DNA of 64,000 bases from Candidatus Omnitrophota bacterium (lineage in GTDB: Bacteria; Omnitrophota; Gorgyraeia; Ghiorseimicrobiales; Ghiorseimicrobiaceae), in contig JAUXSB010000008.1 in NCBI GenBank assembly GCA_030681595.1, forward strand, positions 89,587 to 153,586. The letters are read 5' to 3'. Shown piece after piece: positions 26,314-36,779 of the stretch; position 1 is the stretch's first letter, and the number at the start of each line of letters is the position of its first letter. The translations under genes and the position numbers were made by a program. Below the pieces are notes generated by a model that was given only the letters and a program-made list of their open reading frames with translations, was not told the origin of the DNA and did not search any database.

Positions 26314-26341
26314 TTGCTTTTTTGCGATTTTTTGATATACT
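26314..26341 (+). promoter_or_regulatory. putative sigma70 promoter TTGCTT-N16-TATACT at the head of the glycan locus
   Basis: Read directly about 45 nt upstream of ugd. Confidence 0.35.
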
Positions 26342-26384
26342 GATTAATTCAAATAGGAACATAACTATATGGTAGAGTAATAGT

Positions 26385-27683
26385 ATGAATATCGCGGTAA
26401 TAGGCACAGGGTATGTAGGTTTGGTTACCGGCACCTGTTTTGCGGAGCTGGGTAATAAGGTTGTCTGCGTAGATAGCAACAGGAAAAAAATAGATAACCT
26501 CAAAAAACTTATTATGCCCATATACGAACCGGGCCTTGAAGATCTAGTAAGGCGAAACGTAAAGGAAAAACGCCTTAATTTTTCTGTAAATATCAAATCG
26601 GCAGTTGAGAATTCCGAAATCATTTTTATTTGCGTCAATACCCCCCCTAAAGAAAATGGCGAAGCAGATTTGACTTTCGTAGAGAATGTGGCGAAAGAGA
26701 TCGCGCTTTGCATGGATTCTTACCGTTTAATTGTAGATAAATCAACCGTTCCAGTCGAGACAGGCAAATGGGTAGAACATACCGTAAAAATAAATTTAAA
26801 GCGCAAAAAAAACGTAGAATTTGACGTGGCTTCAAGCCCGGAATTTTTAAGGGAGGGCAGCGCGATTTATGATTTTATGCACCCGGACAGGATTGTTATA
26901 GGCGCAGAAAGCCGGAAAGCAAAGGATATATTAATTAGGCTTTATAAGCCGCTCAATGCGCCTTTAGTGGTTACGGATATAAAGTCAGCAGAATTGATAA
27001 AGCACGCATCAAACTCCTTTTTAGCCACAAAAATTTCTTTTATTAACGCGGTCAGCCGCCTCTGTGAGAAAGTCGGCGCGGATACTACCAAGGTTGCGGA
27101 AGGCATGGGGCTGGATAGAAGGATTGGCAGGAGTTTTCTTGACGCTGGAATTGGCTACGGCGGAAGCTGTTTTCCCAAGGATGTGTCCGCATTTATAAAG
27201 ATTGCCGAAAAAAACGGCTATGATTTTTCTCTCTTAAGGGAAACTGAACGTATCAATGCTGAGCAGATAAAATTATTTATAAAAAAGATAGAGGATAGCC
27301 TTTGGATTATAAAAGACAAGCTAATCGGCGTGTTGGGTTTGGCTTTTAAACCGGGGACAGATGATTTACGAAATGCGCCCTCCATTGAAATAATTAATAC
27401 CCTTATCTTGGAGGGGGCCAAGATAAGGGTGTTCGATCCGCAGGCAATGCAGAAGGCGCAAGAATTTTTTGGCGATAAGGTTAAATTTTGCAAGAATGCC
27501 TATGAGGCGGCGAAGGGCTCTGATTGCCTGACAATTGTTACCGAGTGGGACGAATTTAAGGAGATGGATCTGGCGCGTATTAAAAAGGAAATGAGGCAGC
27601 CTCTTGTTATTGATGGGCGGAATATTTTTGATCCAGAGCAGATGAGAAAAAACGGGATAAGATATTTATCGATAGGAAGATAA
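26385..27683 (+). CDS. ugd: UDP-glucose 6-dehydrogenase
   Basis: NAD-binding IAVIGTGYVGLVTG, catalytic GGSCFPKD; 432 aa. Confidence 0.85.
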   Translation: MNIAVIGTGYVGLVTGTCFAELGNKVVCVDSNRKKIDNLKKLIMPIYEPGLEDLVRRNVKEKRLNFSVNIKSAVENSEIIFICVNTPPKENGEADLTFVENVAKEIALCMDSYRLIVDKSTVPVETGKWVEHTVKINLKRKKNVEFDVASSPEFLREGSAIYDFMHPDRIVIGAESRKAKDILIRLYKPLNAPLVVTDIKSAELIKHASNSFLATKISFINAVSRLCEKVGADTTKVAEGMGLDRRIGRSFLDAGIGYGGSCFPKDVSAFIKIAEKNGYDFSLLRETERINAEQIKLFIKKIEDSLWIIKDKLIGVLGLAFKPGTDDLRNAPSIEIINTLILEGAKIRVFDPQAMQKAQEFFGDKVKFCKNAYEAAKGSDCLTIVTEWDEFKEMDLARIKKEMRQPLVIDGRNIFDPEQMRKNGIRYLSIGR

Positions 27684-27684
27684 A

Positions 27685-28989
27685 ATGAGCTATAGCAGAT
27701 TAAAAGATAGAATAAATTCAAAGAAAGCAAAAATTTGTGTTATTGGGTTAGGCTATGTCGGCCTTCCTTTAGCGGTTGAATTTGCCAAGGGGGGGTTTAA
27801 GGTTAGCGGCATAGATACTGATGCGGATAGGGTTAATAATGTCATAAATTCTGTGCCTTATATTTTGGATGTTCCTATTGAAGAGATAAAAAAAGTGGTA
27901 AAGTCAGGCAGGCTTTCTGCTACAACAAAATTTGATGCCTTAAAGGATGCGGATGCAGTGGTTATTTGTGTGCCGACGCCGCTTAAGAAGCGCAACCAGC
28001 CGAATATATCTTATATTGTAAGCGCGGTAAAAGAAATTACCAAATACCTGCATAAAGATGAATTAGTCGTTTTAGAAAGTACTACTTATCCCGGCACAAC
28101 CGATGAGGTAATTTTGCCGATCTTAGAGAAAAGCGGCTTATCCTGCGGCCGCGATTTTTATCTGGCGTTTTCTCCGGAGAGGATTGACCCGGGTAATGAA
28201 AAATACCCGTTTAAGAAAATCCCCAAGGTAGTCGGCGGGATAACTTCTGAAGCTACGGATTTAGTAAAGACGCTTTATGAGAAAGTAATCGTAAGGGTAA
28301 TACCTGTATCTTCACCAAGAGTGGCAGAGACGGTAAAATTGCTGGAAAATACCTTTCGCCTGATAAATATTGGCTTGGTTAACGAGTTGGCGATGATGGC
28401 GCAGAAGATGAATATTGATATATGGGAGGTTATTGACGCAGCTTCGACTAAACCGTTCGGGTTTATGCCGTTTTATCCCGGCCCCGGGGTGGGTGGGCAC
28501 TGCATTCCCAAAGATCCATTATACCTTTATTGGAAGGCGCGGCATCATGGGTTTACCTCTAAGTTTATAAGGCTGGCTTCACAGATAAACTCTCATATGC
28601 CGAGTTATGTTGTGCATAAAACCGAAGAAATATTAGCGAATAAAAATATCGCCATAAAAGATGCCAAGGTTTTAGTATTGGGGGCAACTTATAAAAAAGA
28701 CGTTAAAGACCTGCGTAAATCTCCCGCGCTTGAAATAATTGATTTGTTGTTAAAAAAAGCAGGTAAAGCCGCTTATTCTGACCCGCTGATTCCTTATTTG
28801 AAGTTTGATTCTATAAATTTGAAGTCGGAGAATCTTAGCGCGAAAGCGCTTAAGAAATATGATTGCGTGATTTTGGCTACTAATCATTCGGCTTTTGATT
28901 ATGATTTAATCAGGAAGCATTCTTTGCTTATTTTTGACACAAGGAATGTATATAAAGGCATAAAAGACGAAAAGATTTTTAAGCTATAA
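27685..28989 (+). CDS. UDP-N-acetyl-D-hexosamine 6-dehydrogenase (WbpA/WecC/TviB-like)
   Basis: ICVIGLGYVGLPLA and GGHCIPKDP motifs, plus the C-terminal UDP-binding domain. Confidence 0.75.
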   Translation: MSYSRLKDRINSKKAKICVIGLGYVGLPLAVEFAKGGFKVSGIDTDADRVNNVINSVPYILDVPIEEIKKVVKSGRLSATTKFDALKDADAVVICVPTPLKKRNQPNISYIVSAVKEITKYLHKDELVVLESTTYPGTTDEVILPILEKSGLSCGRDFYLAFSPERIDPGNEKYPFKKIPKVVGGITSEATDLVKTLYEKVIVRVIPVSSPRVAETVKLLENTFRLINIGLVNELAMMAQKMNIDIWEVIDAASTKPFGFMPFYPGPGVGGHCIPKDPLYLYWKARHHGFTSKFIRLASQINSHMPSYVVHKTEEILANKNIAIKDAKVLVLGATYKKDVKDLRKSPALEIIDLLLKKAGKAAYSDPLIPYLKFDSINLKSENLSAKALKKYDCVILATNHSAFDYDLIRKHSLLIFDTRNVYKGIKDEKIFKL

Positions 28990-29093
28990 TTGAGGCAAAG
29001 GAAAGGCGATTTTAAGTTTTAGGTATTAAGGAATTAAGTATTAATTCGTCATTCGAAATTCGGGTTTAATATTTATTAAAATTAGAGGTTATT

Positions 29094-30029
29094 ATGGATA
29101 AGTTTTTAGTTACCGGCGGCGCAGGTTTTATCGGTTCGCACATAGTAGAGAGATTGCTAAAAGATGGGCATTTCGTGCGTGTTTTGGATAATCTTTCCAG
29201 CGGCAAGAAGGAAAACCTTGATTTAACGAATCCTAATTTGGAGTTATTCGTAGGTGATATAGTAAATTATGAAGATTGCCGCAACGCGTTAAGGGGGATA
29301 GAGTTTTGCCTGCATCAGGCCGCCTTACGTTCAGTGCCTAAATCCATGTTAAATCCCTATGATTACAATAAAGTAAATATTGACGGGATTCTGAATATGT
29401 TAAGGGCAGCGCGTGAAGCGGGAATAAAACGCTTTGTCTTTGCGTCTTCTAGTTCTGTATACGGCGATACAAATATTTTTCCGCAAAAGGAAGAGCATCT
29501 GCCGCGGCTTATTTCGCCTTATGCTTTAAGTAAATTAGCCGGAGAGTACTATTGCCGTATTTTTTCAAAAAATTACGGCCTGGAAACCGTGTCATTGCGT
29601 TATTTTAATGTTTTTGGGCCGCGCCAGGCATTAGATGATGAGTATTCCGTAGTAATACCTAAATTTATCGCTAATATGCTTAAGGATTTGCCGCCTCCTG
29701 TGCATGGCGATGGCAGGCAATCCCGCGATTTTACTTATGTCGAGAGTATAGTTGAAGCCAATGTACTTTCGGCCCTGACAGCAAATGTTAAATGTGAGGT
29801 ATTTAATGCTGCCTGCGGAAAAGATTACTCGATTTTGGAAATTGTAGGCGCCTTGAATAAGATAATGCATAAAAAAATACGCCCGGTATTTGAACCTTCA
29901 CGTATGGGTGACGTAAAGCGTACATTAGCAGATATCAGCCGGATTAAGAAGAGCTTAAAATATAGGCCGCAGGTTAGTTTTGAGGACGGTTTGGCTACTA
30001 CGGTTAACTGGGTTAGTTCAAGGCTCTAA
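29094..30029 (+). CDS. NAD-dependent nucleotide-sugar 4-epimerase (WbpP/TviC-like SDR)
   Basis: GGAGFIGSH and YALSKLAGE (YxxxK). Confidence 0.7.
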   Translation: MDKFLVTGGAGFIGSHIVERLLKDGHFVRVLDNLSSGKKENLDLTNPNLELFVGDIVNYEDCRNALRGIEFCLHQAALRSVPKSMLNPYDYNKVNIDGILNMLRAAREAGIKRFVFASSSSVYGDTNIFPQKEEHLPRLISPYALSKLAGEYYCRIFSKNYGLETVSLRYFNVFGPRQALDDEYSVVIPKFIANMLKDLPPPVHGDGRQSRDFTYVESIVEANVLSALTANVKCEVFNAACGKDYSILEIVGALNKIMHKKIRPVFEPSRMGDVKRTLADISRIKKSLKYRPQVSFEDGLATTVNWVSSRL

Positions 30030-30060
30030 CCATATATATAGCAAATAGTTAAGTACATCA

Positions 30061-30088
30061 ATATCCCTATTTATCAAAATAGGGATAT
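30061..30088. terminator. 28-bp perfect hairpin/palindrome ATATCCCTATTT-ATCA-AAATAGGGATAT followed by a T-rich tract (terminator and/or operator)
   Basis: 12-bp perfect stem with a 4-nt loop, followed by tgttttatc. Sits 27 nt upstream of a promoter. Confidence 0.6.
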
Positions 30089-30114
30089 TGTTTTATCGGC
30101 CGGCGAAAAATGCC

Positions 30115-30142
30115 TTGACATAGCCTCAAAATATGGTAACAT
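30115..30142 (+). promoter_or_regulatory. internal sigma70-like promoter TTGACA-N16-TAACAT
   Basis: TTGACA at 30115-30120 and TAACAT at 30137-30142. The first ATG (30146) would lie upstream of the predicted start site, so ATG 30170 is the more likely start codon. Confidence 0.45.
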
Positions 30143-30169
30143 TTTATGTATGTTTTTGAAAGGATCAAT

Positions 30170-30409
30170 ATGGGGAATAATCATTTAACCGCAAGACAGG
30201 CGCAGATTTACGAGTTTCTAAAAGGTTACTTTTTGCGGAATGGCCATTCGCCTTACTTGCGCGAGATACAGGATGGATGCCAAGTGAAGTCGCATAAGTC
30301 AGTGATCGACAAACTGTTGGCGCTTGAGCGAAAAGGCTACATACGCAGAAGGCTTAATAAACACCGAAGCATAAAACTTGTAGCGCAGAAAGAAAACCAG
30401 GTGGTTTAG
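30170..30409 (+). CDS. LexA-N-terminal-domain-only winged-helix DNA-binding protein (no S24 peptidase domain)
   Basis: LTARQAQIYEFLKGYFLRNGHSPYLREIQ...LLALERKGYIRR closely matches the LexA DNA-binding domain pattern. Stop TAG abuts the uxs ATG. Confidence 0.55.
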   Translation: MGNNHLTARQAQIYEFLKGYFLRNGHSPYLREIQDGCQVKSHKSVIDKLLALERKGYIRRRLNKHRSIKLVAQKENQVV

Positions 30410-31342
30410 ATGAAGAAAACAGTTTTAGTCACAGGCGGCGCAGGATTTATCGGTTCACATCTATGTGGCAGGCTGATAACTAAAGGATATAAGGTAATTT
30501 GTATGGATAACTTGCTTACCGGCAGGCTATCTAATGTCCGCCGCCTCTTAAAAGATAAAAACTTTAGGTTTATAAAACATAACATTTGTGATTATATTAA
30601 GATAAGTTCTAAAATAGGCTATATCTTGCATTTTGCCTCACCGGCAAGCCCCGCCGATTATTTAAATTATCCGATTCAAACCCTGAAAGTCGGTTCTTTG
30701 GGTACCCATAATGCCTTAGGTTTGGCTAAAGCCAAAAGAGCGGTTTTTTTGCTTGCTTCGACTTCGGAAGTTTATGGGGACCCTTTAGTGCATCCTCAAT
30801 CCGAGAGCTATTGGGGCAATGTTAACCCTGTAGGCCCGCGGGGCGTGTACGACGAAAGCAAGCGTTTTGCTGAAGCAATAACTTTGGCGTATCATCGCGT
30901 GCACAAGATCGATACTAAGATTGTGCGTATTTTTAATACCTACGGGCCGCAAATGAGAAAAAATGACGGCCGGGCAATTCCTAATTTTATATCTCAGGCA
31001 TTGTCCAATCGCGATATTACTGTTTACGGCAAGGGAAGCCATACCCGTAGCTTCTGTTATATTGACGATTTGATAGATGGCATATTCAGGTTAATGCTCT
31101 CAAAGATCAATGAACCGGTTAACGTAGGCAACCCCGCAGAATACACGGTGCTAAGATTGGCCAAGGAAATAGTTAAGTTGACCGGATCAAAAAGCAAAAT
31201 TGTTTTTAAGCCCCTGCCGCAGGATGACCCAAAAGTCCGCTGCCCGGATATCACAAAAGCCAAAAAGGTGTTGGGATGGTTGCCTAGCGTTTCTTTGAGC
31301 GATGGCCTAAAAAAAACCATAGAATATTTTCGGAGTAGATAA
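30410..31342 (+). CDS. uxs: UDP-glucuronate decarboxylase (UDP-xylose synthase-like SDR)
   Basis: [15 protein letters not shown] and [10 protein letters not shown]...[11 protein letters not shown]...[19 protein letters not shown]. Confidence 0.78.
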   Translation: MKKTVLVTGGAGFIGSHLCGRLITKGYKVICMDNLLTGRLSNVRRLLKDKNFRFIKHNICDYIKISSKIGYILHFASPASPADYLNYPIQTLKVGSLGTHNALGLAKAKRAVFLLASTSEVYGDPLVHPQSESYWGNVNPVGPRGVYDESKRFAEAITLAYHRVHKIDTKIVRIFNTYGPQMRKNDGRAIPNFISQALSNRDITVYGKGSHTRSFCYIDDLIDGIFRLMLSKINEPVNVGNPAEYTVLRLAKEIVKLTGSKSKIVFKPLPQDDPKVRCPDITKAKKVLGWLPSVSLSDGLKKTIEYFRSR

Positions 31343-31343
31343 T

Positions 31344-32486
31344 ATGCAAATACCGTTACTGGATTTAACAAGTCAGTATAAGAGTATTAAAAGCGAGATA
31401 GATGAGGCAATAGAGCAGGTTTTGAATAACGGAACATTTATCTTGGGAGAAAATGTACGCAGACTCGAAGAAGAAATCGCTCATTTTATTGGCACGGGTT
31501 TTGGTATAGGAGTTGCTTCCGGCACCGATGCCCTGGAGTTATCTCTTACGGCATTAGGTATAGGTGAGGGCGATGAGGTGATTACTACGCCTTTTACTTT
31601 TATCGCGACAGCCGAGGCGATTTGCGCTGTGGGAGCCAAGCCGGTATTTATAGACATCGACCTAGATACCTATAACATTGATCCGCAAAAAGTGAGAGAA
31701 TATTTACGCAAAGCGCAGAGCGCAAAGCGCAGAGCGATAAAAGCTCTAATCCCCGTGCATTTATACGGCCAGACATGCCTGATGGATGAATTATGCGAAA
31801 TTACCAAGGAATATAAAATAAAAATGGTTGAGGATTGCGCTCAGGCAATAGGCGCCGAATGCCGGGGCAAAAAAGTCGGCTCTTTTGGCGACTGCGCCGG
31901 TTTTAGTTTTTTCCCGAGCAAGAACTTAGGCGCTTACGGTGACGGCGGGATGGTGCTTACAAATAATCCGGAGGTAGCCGCAACATTAAAAATGCTGCGC
32001 GCACACGGCAGCAGCAAGAAATATTTCCATAAAATAAAAGGCCGTAACAGCCGCCTTGATGAATTACAGGCCGCAATTTTAAGAGTGAAGTTAAAGAAAA
32101 TATCTGGCTGGAACCAGGCACGGATAAAATACGCTAATTTATACAATACTCTTTTTAGTAAGCAAGAGTTAGAAAAAGAGATAATATTGCCAAAATCTCA
32201 AGGAGATAGGCTGCATATTTACCATCTTTATTGTATACGCGTAAAAAATAGGGATAAGCTCAAGGAGTTTTTAGCTGCCAATGGTGTTTCTTGCGCCATA
32301 CATTACCCATTGGGTATTCATCTCCAGGAAGTCTATAAAAATTTAGGATATAAGAATGGGGATTTGCCGAATAGCGAATTAGCCTCTTCGCAGATCCTTG
32401 CTTTGCCTTTATATCCGGAAATGAGCATTGAACAGATTGAGTATGTGGTAGATAAAATAAACTCTTTTTATTCAAAAGGAGCGTAG
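31344..32486 (+). CDS. DegT/DnrJ/EryC1/StrS-family PLP-dependent sugar aminotransferase (WbpE/ArnB-like)
   Basis: Fold-type I aminotransferase pattern with PLP-lysine region FSFFPSKNLGAYGDGG. Confidence 0.8.
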   Translation: MQIPLLDLTSQYKSIKSEIDEAIEQVLNNGTFILGENVRRLEEEIAHFIGTGFGIGVASGTDALELSLTALGIGEGDEVITTPFTFIATAEAICAVGAKPVFIDIDLDTYNIDPQKVREYLRKAQSAKRRAIKALIPVHLYGQTCLMDELCEITKEYKIKMVEDCAQAIGAECRGKKVGSFGDCAGFSFFPSKNLGAYGDGGMVLTNNPEVAATLKMLRAHGSSKKYFHKIKGRNSRLDELQAAILRVKLKKISGWNQARIKYANLYNTLFSKQELEKEIILPKSQGDRLHIYHLYCIRVKNRDKLKEFLAANGVSCAIHYPLGIHLQEVYKNLGYKNGDLPNSELASSQILALPLYPEMSIEQIEYVVDKINSFYSKGA

Positions 32487-33497
32487 ATGCTTAAAATAGC
32501 GCAGATTGGGATAGGCAGTTGGGGGCGTAACCTTTTAAGGAATTTTGCCGCACTTTCCGATTCACAGGTTACGCTATGTTGTGACCAGAATAAGAAGGTG
32601 CTGGAGAGCATAAAGGCGCAATATAACAATAAGATAAAGGTTACTACAAGGTTTGATGATATATTGGAAGATCCCGATATTGATGCGGTAGTTGTCGCGA
32701 CACTTCCCCAAACACACGCCCATTTTGCCATAAAGGCGCTGTCAAGCGGAAAACATGTCTTTGTTGAAAAGCCGTTATCTTTAGATATTGCCGACGCTGA
32801 AAAAATGATAAAAGCGGCAGAGAGAAACAAGCGCCTCTTGATGGTCGGGCATTTACTCTTATATCATCCGGCAGTAAGAAAGCTAAAAGGCTATATTGAA
32901 CAAGGCTATTTAGGCGATGTGCGTTACTTATATTCGACAAGGGTGAATCTTGGGCAGGTCCGCGAGATGGAAAATGCTCTTTGGAGCCTTACGGCGCATG
33001 ACATATCCGTAGCGATGTATTTATCAAATAAAAAACCGCTTAAAGTTTCCGCCACCGGCAAAGCGTATCTTAGAAAAAATATACAGGATGTAGTTTTTTT
33101 AAATATCAGTTTTAAAGACAATGTTATCGCCCATATACATGCCAGTTGGCTTGACCCGCATAAAATAAGAAAATTCACCGTTGTCGGCTCAAAGAAAATG
33201 GCAGTGTTTGATGATATGGACCCGGCTGAAAAAATCCGTATTTACGACAAAGGCTATGATTGGCAGAAAAACGTGGGCACATACGATACTTTTCTTACTT
33301 TAAGAGAAGGAGATATTAATATCCCGCGCGTAGACATGGTTGAGCCGTTAAAGCTTGAATGCCAGCATTTTGTTGATTGTATCAGGGATAGAAAAAGGCC
33401 TTTTACAGACGGAGAAAGCGGATTGTCTGTCTTAAAAGTTTTGAAGGCCGCACAGGAGTCTCTAGAATTAGATGGCGTACCGGTCAAAATCAAATAA
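32487..33497 (+). CDS. Gfo/Idh/MocA-family oxidoreductase (WbpB-like sugar 3-dehydrogenase candidate)
   Basis: N-terminal Rossmann [11 protein letters not shown] and the family's C-terminal domain. Confidence 0.72.
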   Translation: MLKIAQIGIGSWGRNLLRNFAALSDSQVTLCCDQNKKVLESIKAQYNNKIKVTTRFDDILEDPDIDAVVVATLPQTHAHFAIKALSSGKHVFVEKPLSLDIADAEKMIKAAERNKRLLMVGHLLLYHPAVRKLKGYIEQGYLGDVRYLYSTRVNLGQVREMENALWSLTAHDISVAMYLSNKKPLKVSATGKAYLRKNIQDVVFLNISFKDNVIAHIHASWLDPHKIRKFTVVGSKKMAVFDDMDPAEKIRIYDKGYDWQKNVGTYDTFLTLREGDINIPRVDMVEPLKLECQHFVDCIRDRKRPFTDGESGLSVLKVLKAAQESLELDGVPVKIK

Positions 33498-33513
33498 AAA
33501 ACGGGATTATTTT

Positions 33514-34068
33514 GTGCATGAGTCGTCCTATGTAGACAAAAATGTCTCAATAGGCAGAGGTACCAAAATCTGGCATTTCTGCCATATTTTGGAAGGTTCC
33601 GCTATAGGCACGAACTGTAAGATCGGGCAAAATGTCGTAATCGGGCCGAATGTAAGGATAGGTAATAATGTTAAAATACAAAATAATGTTTCTGTTTATC
33701 CGGGCGTAATATTGGAAGACGATGTATTTTGCGGCCCAGCGTGTGTTTTTACGAATGTTTTTAACCCTAGGGCCGACATAGCAAGGATGGATGAGATGCG
33801 CCATACTTTGGTAAAAAAAGGCGCTACTATTGGTGCAAATGCCACGATTGTCTGCGGCCATACTATAGGTAGATATGCCTTTATAGGCGCAGGAGCGGTA
33901 GTTACTAAAAATACCCCGGATTTCGCTCTGGTTTATGGTAATCCTGCCAGAGTGTCCGGCTATATGTGTGAGTGTGGCATAAAACTAAAATTTAATAAAT
34001 TAAGCGCTTATTGTGTTGCTTGCGGCAGGCGGTATAGGATTAAGAAAGGAATAGTAGAAAATGAGTAA
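33514..34068 (+). CDS. left-handed beta-helix (hexapeptide) sugar N-acetyltransferase (WbpD-like)
   Basis: Hexapeptide repeats ([25 protein letters not shown]). GTG 33514 chosen as start; track gave 33472, which overlaps the upstream gene. Confidence 0.65.
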   Translation: MHESSYVDKNVSIGRGTKIWHFCHILEGSAIGTNCKIGQNVVIGPNVRIGNNVKIQNNVSVYPGVILEDDVFCGPACVFTNVFNPRADIARMDEMRHTLVKKGATIGANATIVCGHTIGRYAFIGAGAVVTKNTPDFALVYGNPARVSGYMCECGIKLKFNKLSAYCVACGRRYRIKKGIVENE

Positions 34069-35719
34069 AGCAAAGAAACTGCGGGAGTTGTTCGCTAATG
34101 AGAAAATAATACGCGTAGTTGGCGCGCATAACGCCTTAAGTGCGAAGTTAGTCGAAGGCGCGGGGTTTGATGCGGTCTGGTCAAGCGGTTTAGAGATTTC
34201 AACCAGCTTTGGCGTTCCGGACGCGAATATTCTTACTATGACTGATTTCCTGAATGTTTCTAGTATTATGAATGAGGCCGTCTCTATACCTATCGTTGCT
34301 GATTGTGATACGGGGTTTGGTAATTCTAATAACGTGATTCACATGGTTAAAAAGTATGAAGCCGCGGGGATAGCCGCGGTTTGCCTAGAGGACAAATATT
34401 TCCCTAAGGTTAATAGTTTTATTCCGGGAAGGCAGGAGTTGGCTTCGATTTCGGAATTTGTCGGTAAGATTTTGGCGGCCAAAAATGCCCAGCTTAGTAA
34501 GGATTTTATGGTTATCGCCAGGGTAGAAGCATTAATTGCCGGATGGGGAATGGATGAAGCATTGAGGAGGGCGGGGGCCTACGCGGATGCCGGAGCAGAC
34601 GCTATACTTATCCATAGTAAAAGTAAAACTATCGATGAAATAGCTGAGTTTGCAAAGCGTTGGAAAAATATGTCGCCGTTGGTTGTCGTGCCTACGACTT
34701 ACTGCGATGTCCATATTGACGATTTAAGCCGTATCAACATCAAGATGGTTATTTACGCCAATCAAGGAATAAGGGCATCGATAAAGTCGATGCAGGAGGT
34801 TCTTGGGCGAATACATAAGGATGGGACTAGTAGAAATATCGAAAACCATATCAGTACCATGGAAGAAGTTTTTTGCCTCCAGGGCATGCATAAAATGAAA
34901 GAAGATGAACTTGTTTATTCATCCACAAGCGATAAGATTGTAGCTGTTATACCTGCCGCGGGGGATCATTTAGAAGAATATTCGATGAAAGATATATCAA
35001 AAGATATCCCGATTACGATGCTGGACATTAATGGTAAATCGCTCTTGCAGCGCCAGGCCGATATATTAAACAGGTCAAAAATCTATGATATCAGAGTGAT
35101 CGGCGGGTATAAAAAAGAAAAAATAAGCGTCGAAGGCGTAAAAATTATACCTAATTTAGAATATGAAACGCGGGGAATGATCCATTCGATTATGTGCGCG
35201 TTGAAAGACATTAAAGATTCGGCGTTTATTATATACGGAGATACACTTTTTGACTATTTGCTTATCAGTAAGATATTGAATACCCGCCGTGATATAACAT
35301 TGGCAGTTGATACAAGTAATGTGATAGGTGATGCTGGAACGGGCAAGAAGCCGGAGCTTGTTTTGACTGATGGCCCGGTTAAATCCCGGAGAAGAAGTTT
35401 GCATCAGGATAGCCTGCATGCGGTGAAAGACATCGGAAGCTCTGTTAAATACGCAAAGGATAATTTACAATTTACCGGTATTATGTTTTTATCGCAAAAA
35501 GGCGTAGAGATATTCAAGAAGAATTACGCCAAATATGAAAAAGAATACGCGCGGTCAAAGTCGCCAGAGGCAGGTACCTTTTGCCGCATGAATCTAATCG
35601 ATTTTTTAAAAAAATTGCATGATTCAGGCTATGGAATTGACTGTCTGTATGTTAATTCCGGGTGGATGGAAATCCATTCGCTCGATGATTATAAGCTTGC
35701 CTGCTCAATTTTTAAATAA
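34061..35719 (+). CDS. ppm: phosphoenolpyruvate phosphomutase fused to a C-terminal nucleotidyltransferase domain
   Basis: ICL/PEP-mutase fold with the Ppm-diagnostic [10 protein letters not shown] (EDK-x5-NS) and [10 protein letters not shown]-terminal roughly 250 aa is NTP-transferase-like (IVAVIPAAG...). Confidence 0.78.
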   Translation: MSKAKKLRELFANEKIIRVVGAHNALSAKLVEGAGFDAVWSSGLEISTSFGVPDANILTMTDFLNVSSIMNEAVSIPIVADCDTGFGNSNNVIHMVKKYEAAGIAAVCLEDKYFPKVNSFIPGRQELASISEFVGKILAAKNAQLSKDFMVIARVEALIAGWGMDEALRRAGAYADAGADAILIHSKSKTIDEIAEFAKRWKNMSPLVVVPTTYCDVHIDDLSRINIKMVIYANQGIRASIKSMQEVLGRIHKDGTSRNIENHISTMEEVFCLQGMHKMKEDELVYSSTSDKIVAVIPAAGDHLEEYSMKDISKDIPITMLDINGKSLLQRQADILNRSKIYDIRVIGGYKKEKISVEGVKIIPNLEYETRGMIHSIMCALKDIKDSAFIIYGDTLFDYLLISKILNTRRDITLAVDTSNVIGDAGTGKKPELVLTDGPVKSRRRSLHQDSLHAVKDIGSSVKYAKDNLQFTGIMFLSQKGVEIFKKNYAKYEKEYARSKSPEAGTFCRMNLIDFLKKLHDSGYGIDCLYVNSGWMEIHSLDDYKLACSIFK

Positions 35720-35728
35720 AGAAATTTT

Positions 35729-36217
35729 ATGATTAGGGTAAAAGATTTTTGGGATTATTTAGCGGGAAAAAATTTTATTTTTTTTAGCGGGGTACCGTGC
35801 TCTATTTTTAAAACGGTGTTAGATGAGGCAATAAATAGCGAAATCATTACATATGTTCCGGCTGTGCGGGAAGATGTTGCCATGGGAGTAAGCTCCGGCG
35901 CGTATTTGGCGGGCAAGAAAAGCGGAATTTTAATTCAAAATTCAGGGTTGGGGCATATCGTAAATACCCTGACTTCGTTTAACCTTATTTACAAAATTCC
36001 CGTCCTCATGTTTATCAGTTGGCGCGGCTATATGGGTAAAGACGCTCCGGAGCATAAAATTATGGGTAGGAAAACGATAAGTTTGTTGAGTGGCCTTGAT
36101 ATACCGCATAGGGCGCTTAGCGTAGATTTTGACAAAGATTTGAACTGGGCAATCGGCATAATGGAAAAGAAACACATCCCCGTTGCGTTAATAGTTAAAG
36201 AGGGCCTATTTAAATGA
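35729..36217 (+). CDS. ppd: phosphonopyruvate decarboxylase, alpha (N-terminal ThDP pyrimidine-binding) subunit
   Basis: TPP_enzyme_N-like 162-aa protein directly after ppm, overlapping the beta subunit by 4 nt. Confidence 0.7.
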   Translation: MIRVKDFWDYLAGKNFIFFSGVPCSIFKTVLDEAINSEIITYVPAVREDVAMGVSSGAYLAGKKSGILIQNSGLGHIVNTLTSFNLIYKIPVLMFISWRGYMGKDAPEHKIMGRKTISLLSGLDIPHRALSVDFDKDLNWAIGIMEKKHIPVALIVKEGLFK

Positions 36218-36777
36218 CGACCGAGGATATCTTGAGATCAGTCTTAGCTTTTAAGGTTGATAACGCCGTATACCTTTTTACTAACGGCTATATCAGCCGG
36301 CAGGCCTACGGAATCGCCGATAGCGCTAAGAATTTTTATTTGATCGGGTCAATGGGGTTAGTTTCTTCCTTAGGGTTAGGAATCGCCATGAACTCTAAAA
36401 AGAAAGTTGTCGTTCTAGACGGAGATGGAAGCATCTTGATGAATATGGGCACAATGCCGCTTATCGGGTACATAGAACCGAATAATTTGATACATTTTAT
36501 TTTGGATAACTTTGCCTATCATAGTACCGGTAACCAGCCGACTATTTCGGAAAATATAGATTTTTTAAAGATGGCTTGCGCTTGTGGGTACAAAAAGGTG
36601 TTTCGTTTTAAAAAGATCAGTGAATTTAAGAGCGCGCTACCAGAAATATTTAATGCTTGCGGCCCGGTTTTTGTGCATATGGTTATCGGCAAGAATGATT
36701 CCAGCGCCGGCCCCCGGGTGGGCCTGGCTCCTCTTATGCTCGCGCGACGCATTAGGAAAACCATAAGGTCTCTTTAA
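36214..36777 (+). CDS. ppd: phosphonopyruvate decarboxylase, beta (ThDP-binding) subunit
   Basis: ThDP motif GDGSILMNMG...N. Confidence 0.72.
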   Translation: MTTEDILRSVLAFKVDNAVYLFTNGYISRQAYGIADSAKNFYLIGSMGLVSSLGLGIAMNSKKKVVVLDGDGSILMNMGTMPLIGYIEPNNLIHFILDNFAYHSTGNQPTISENIDFLKMACACGYKKVFRFKKISEFKSALPEIFNACGPVFVHMVIGKNDSSAGPRVGLAPLMLARRIRKTIRSL

Positions 36778-36779
36778 TT

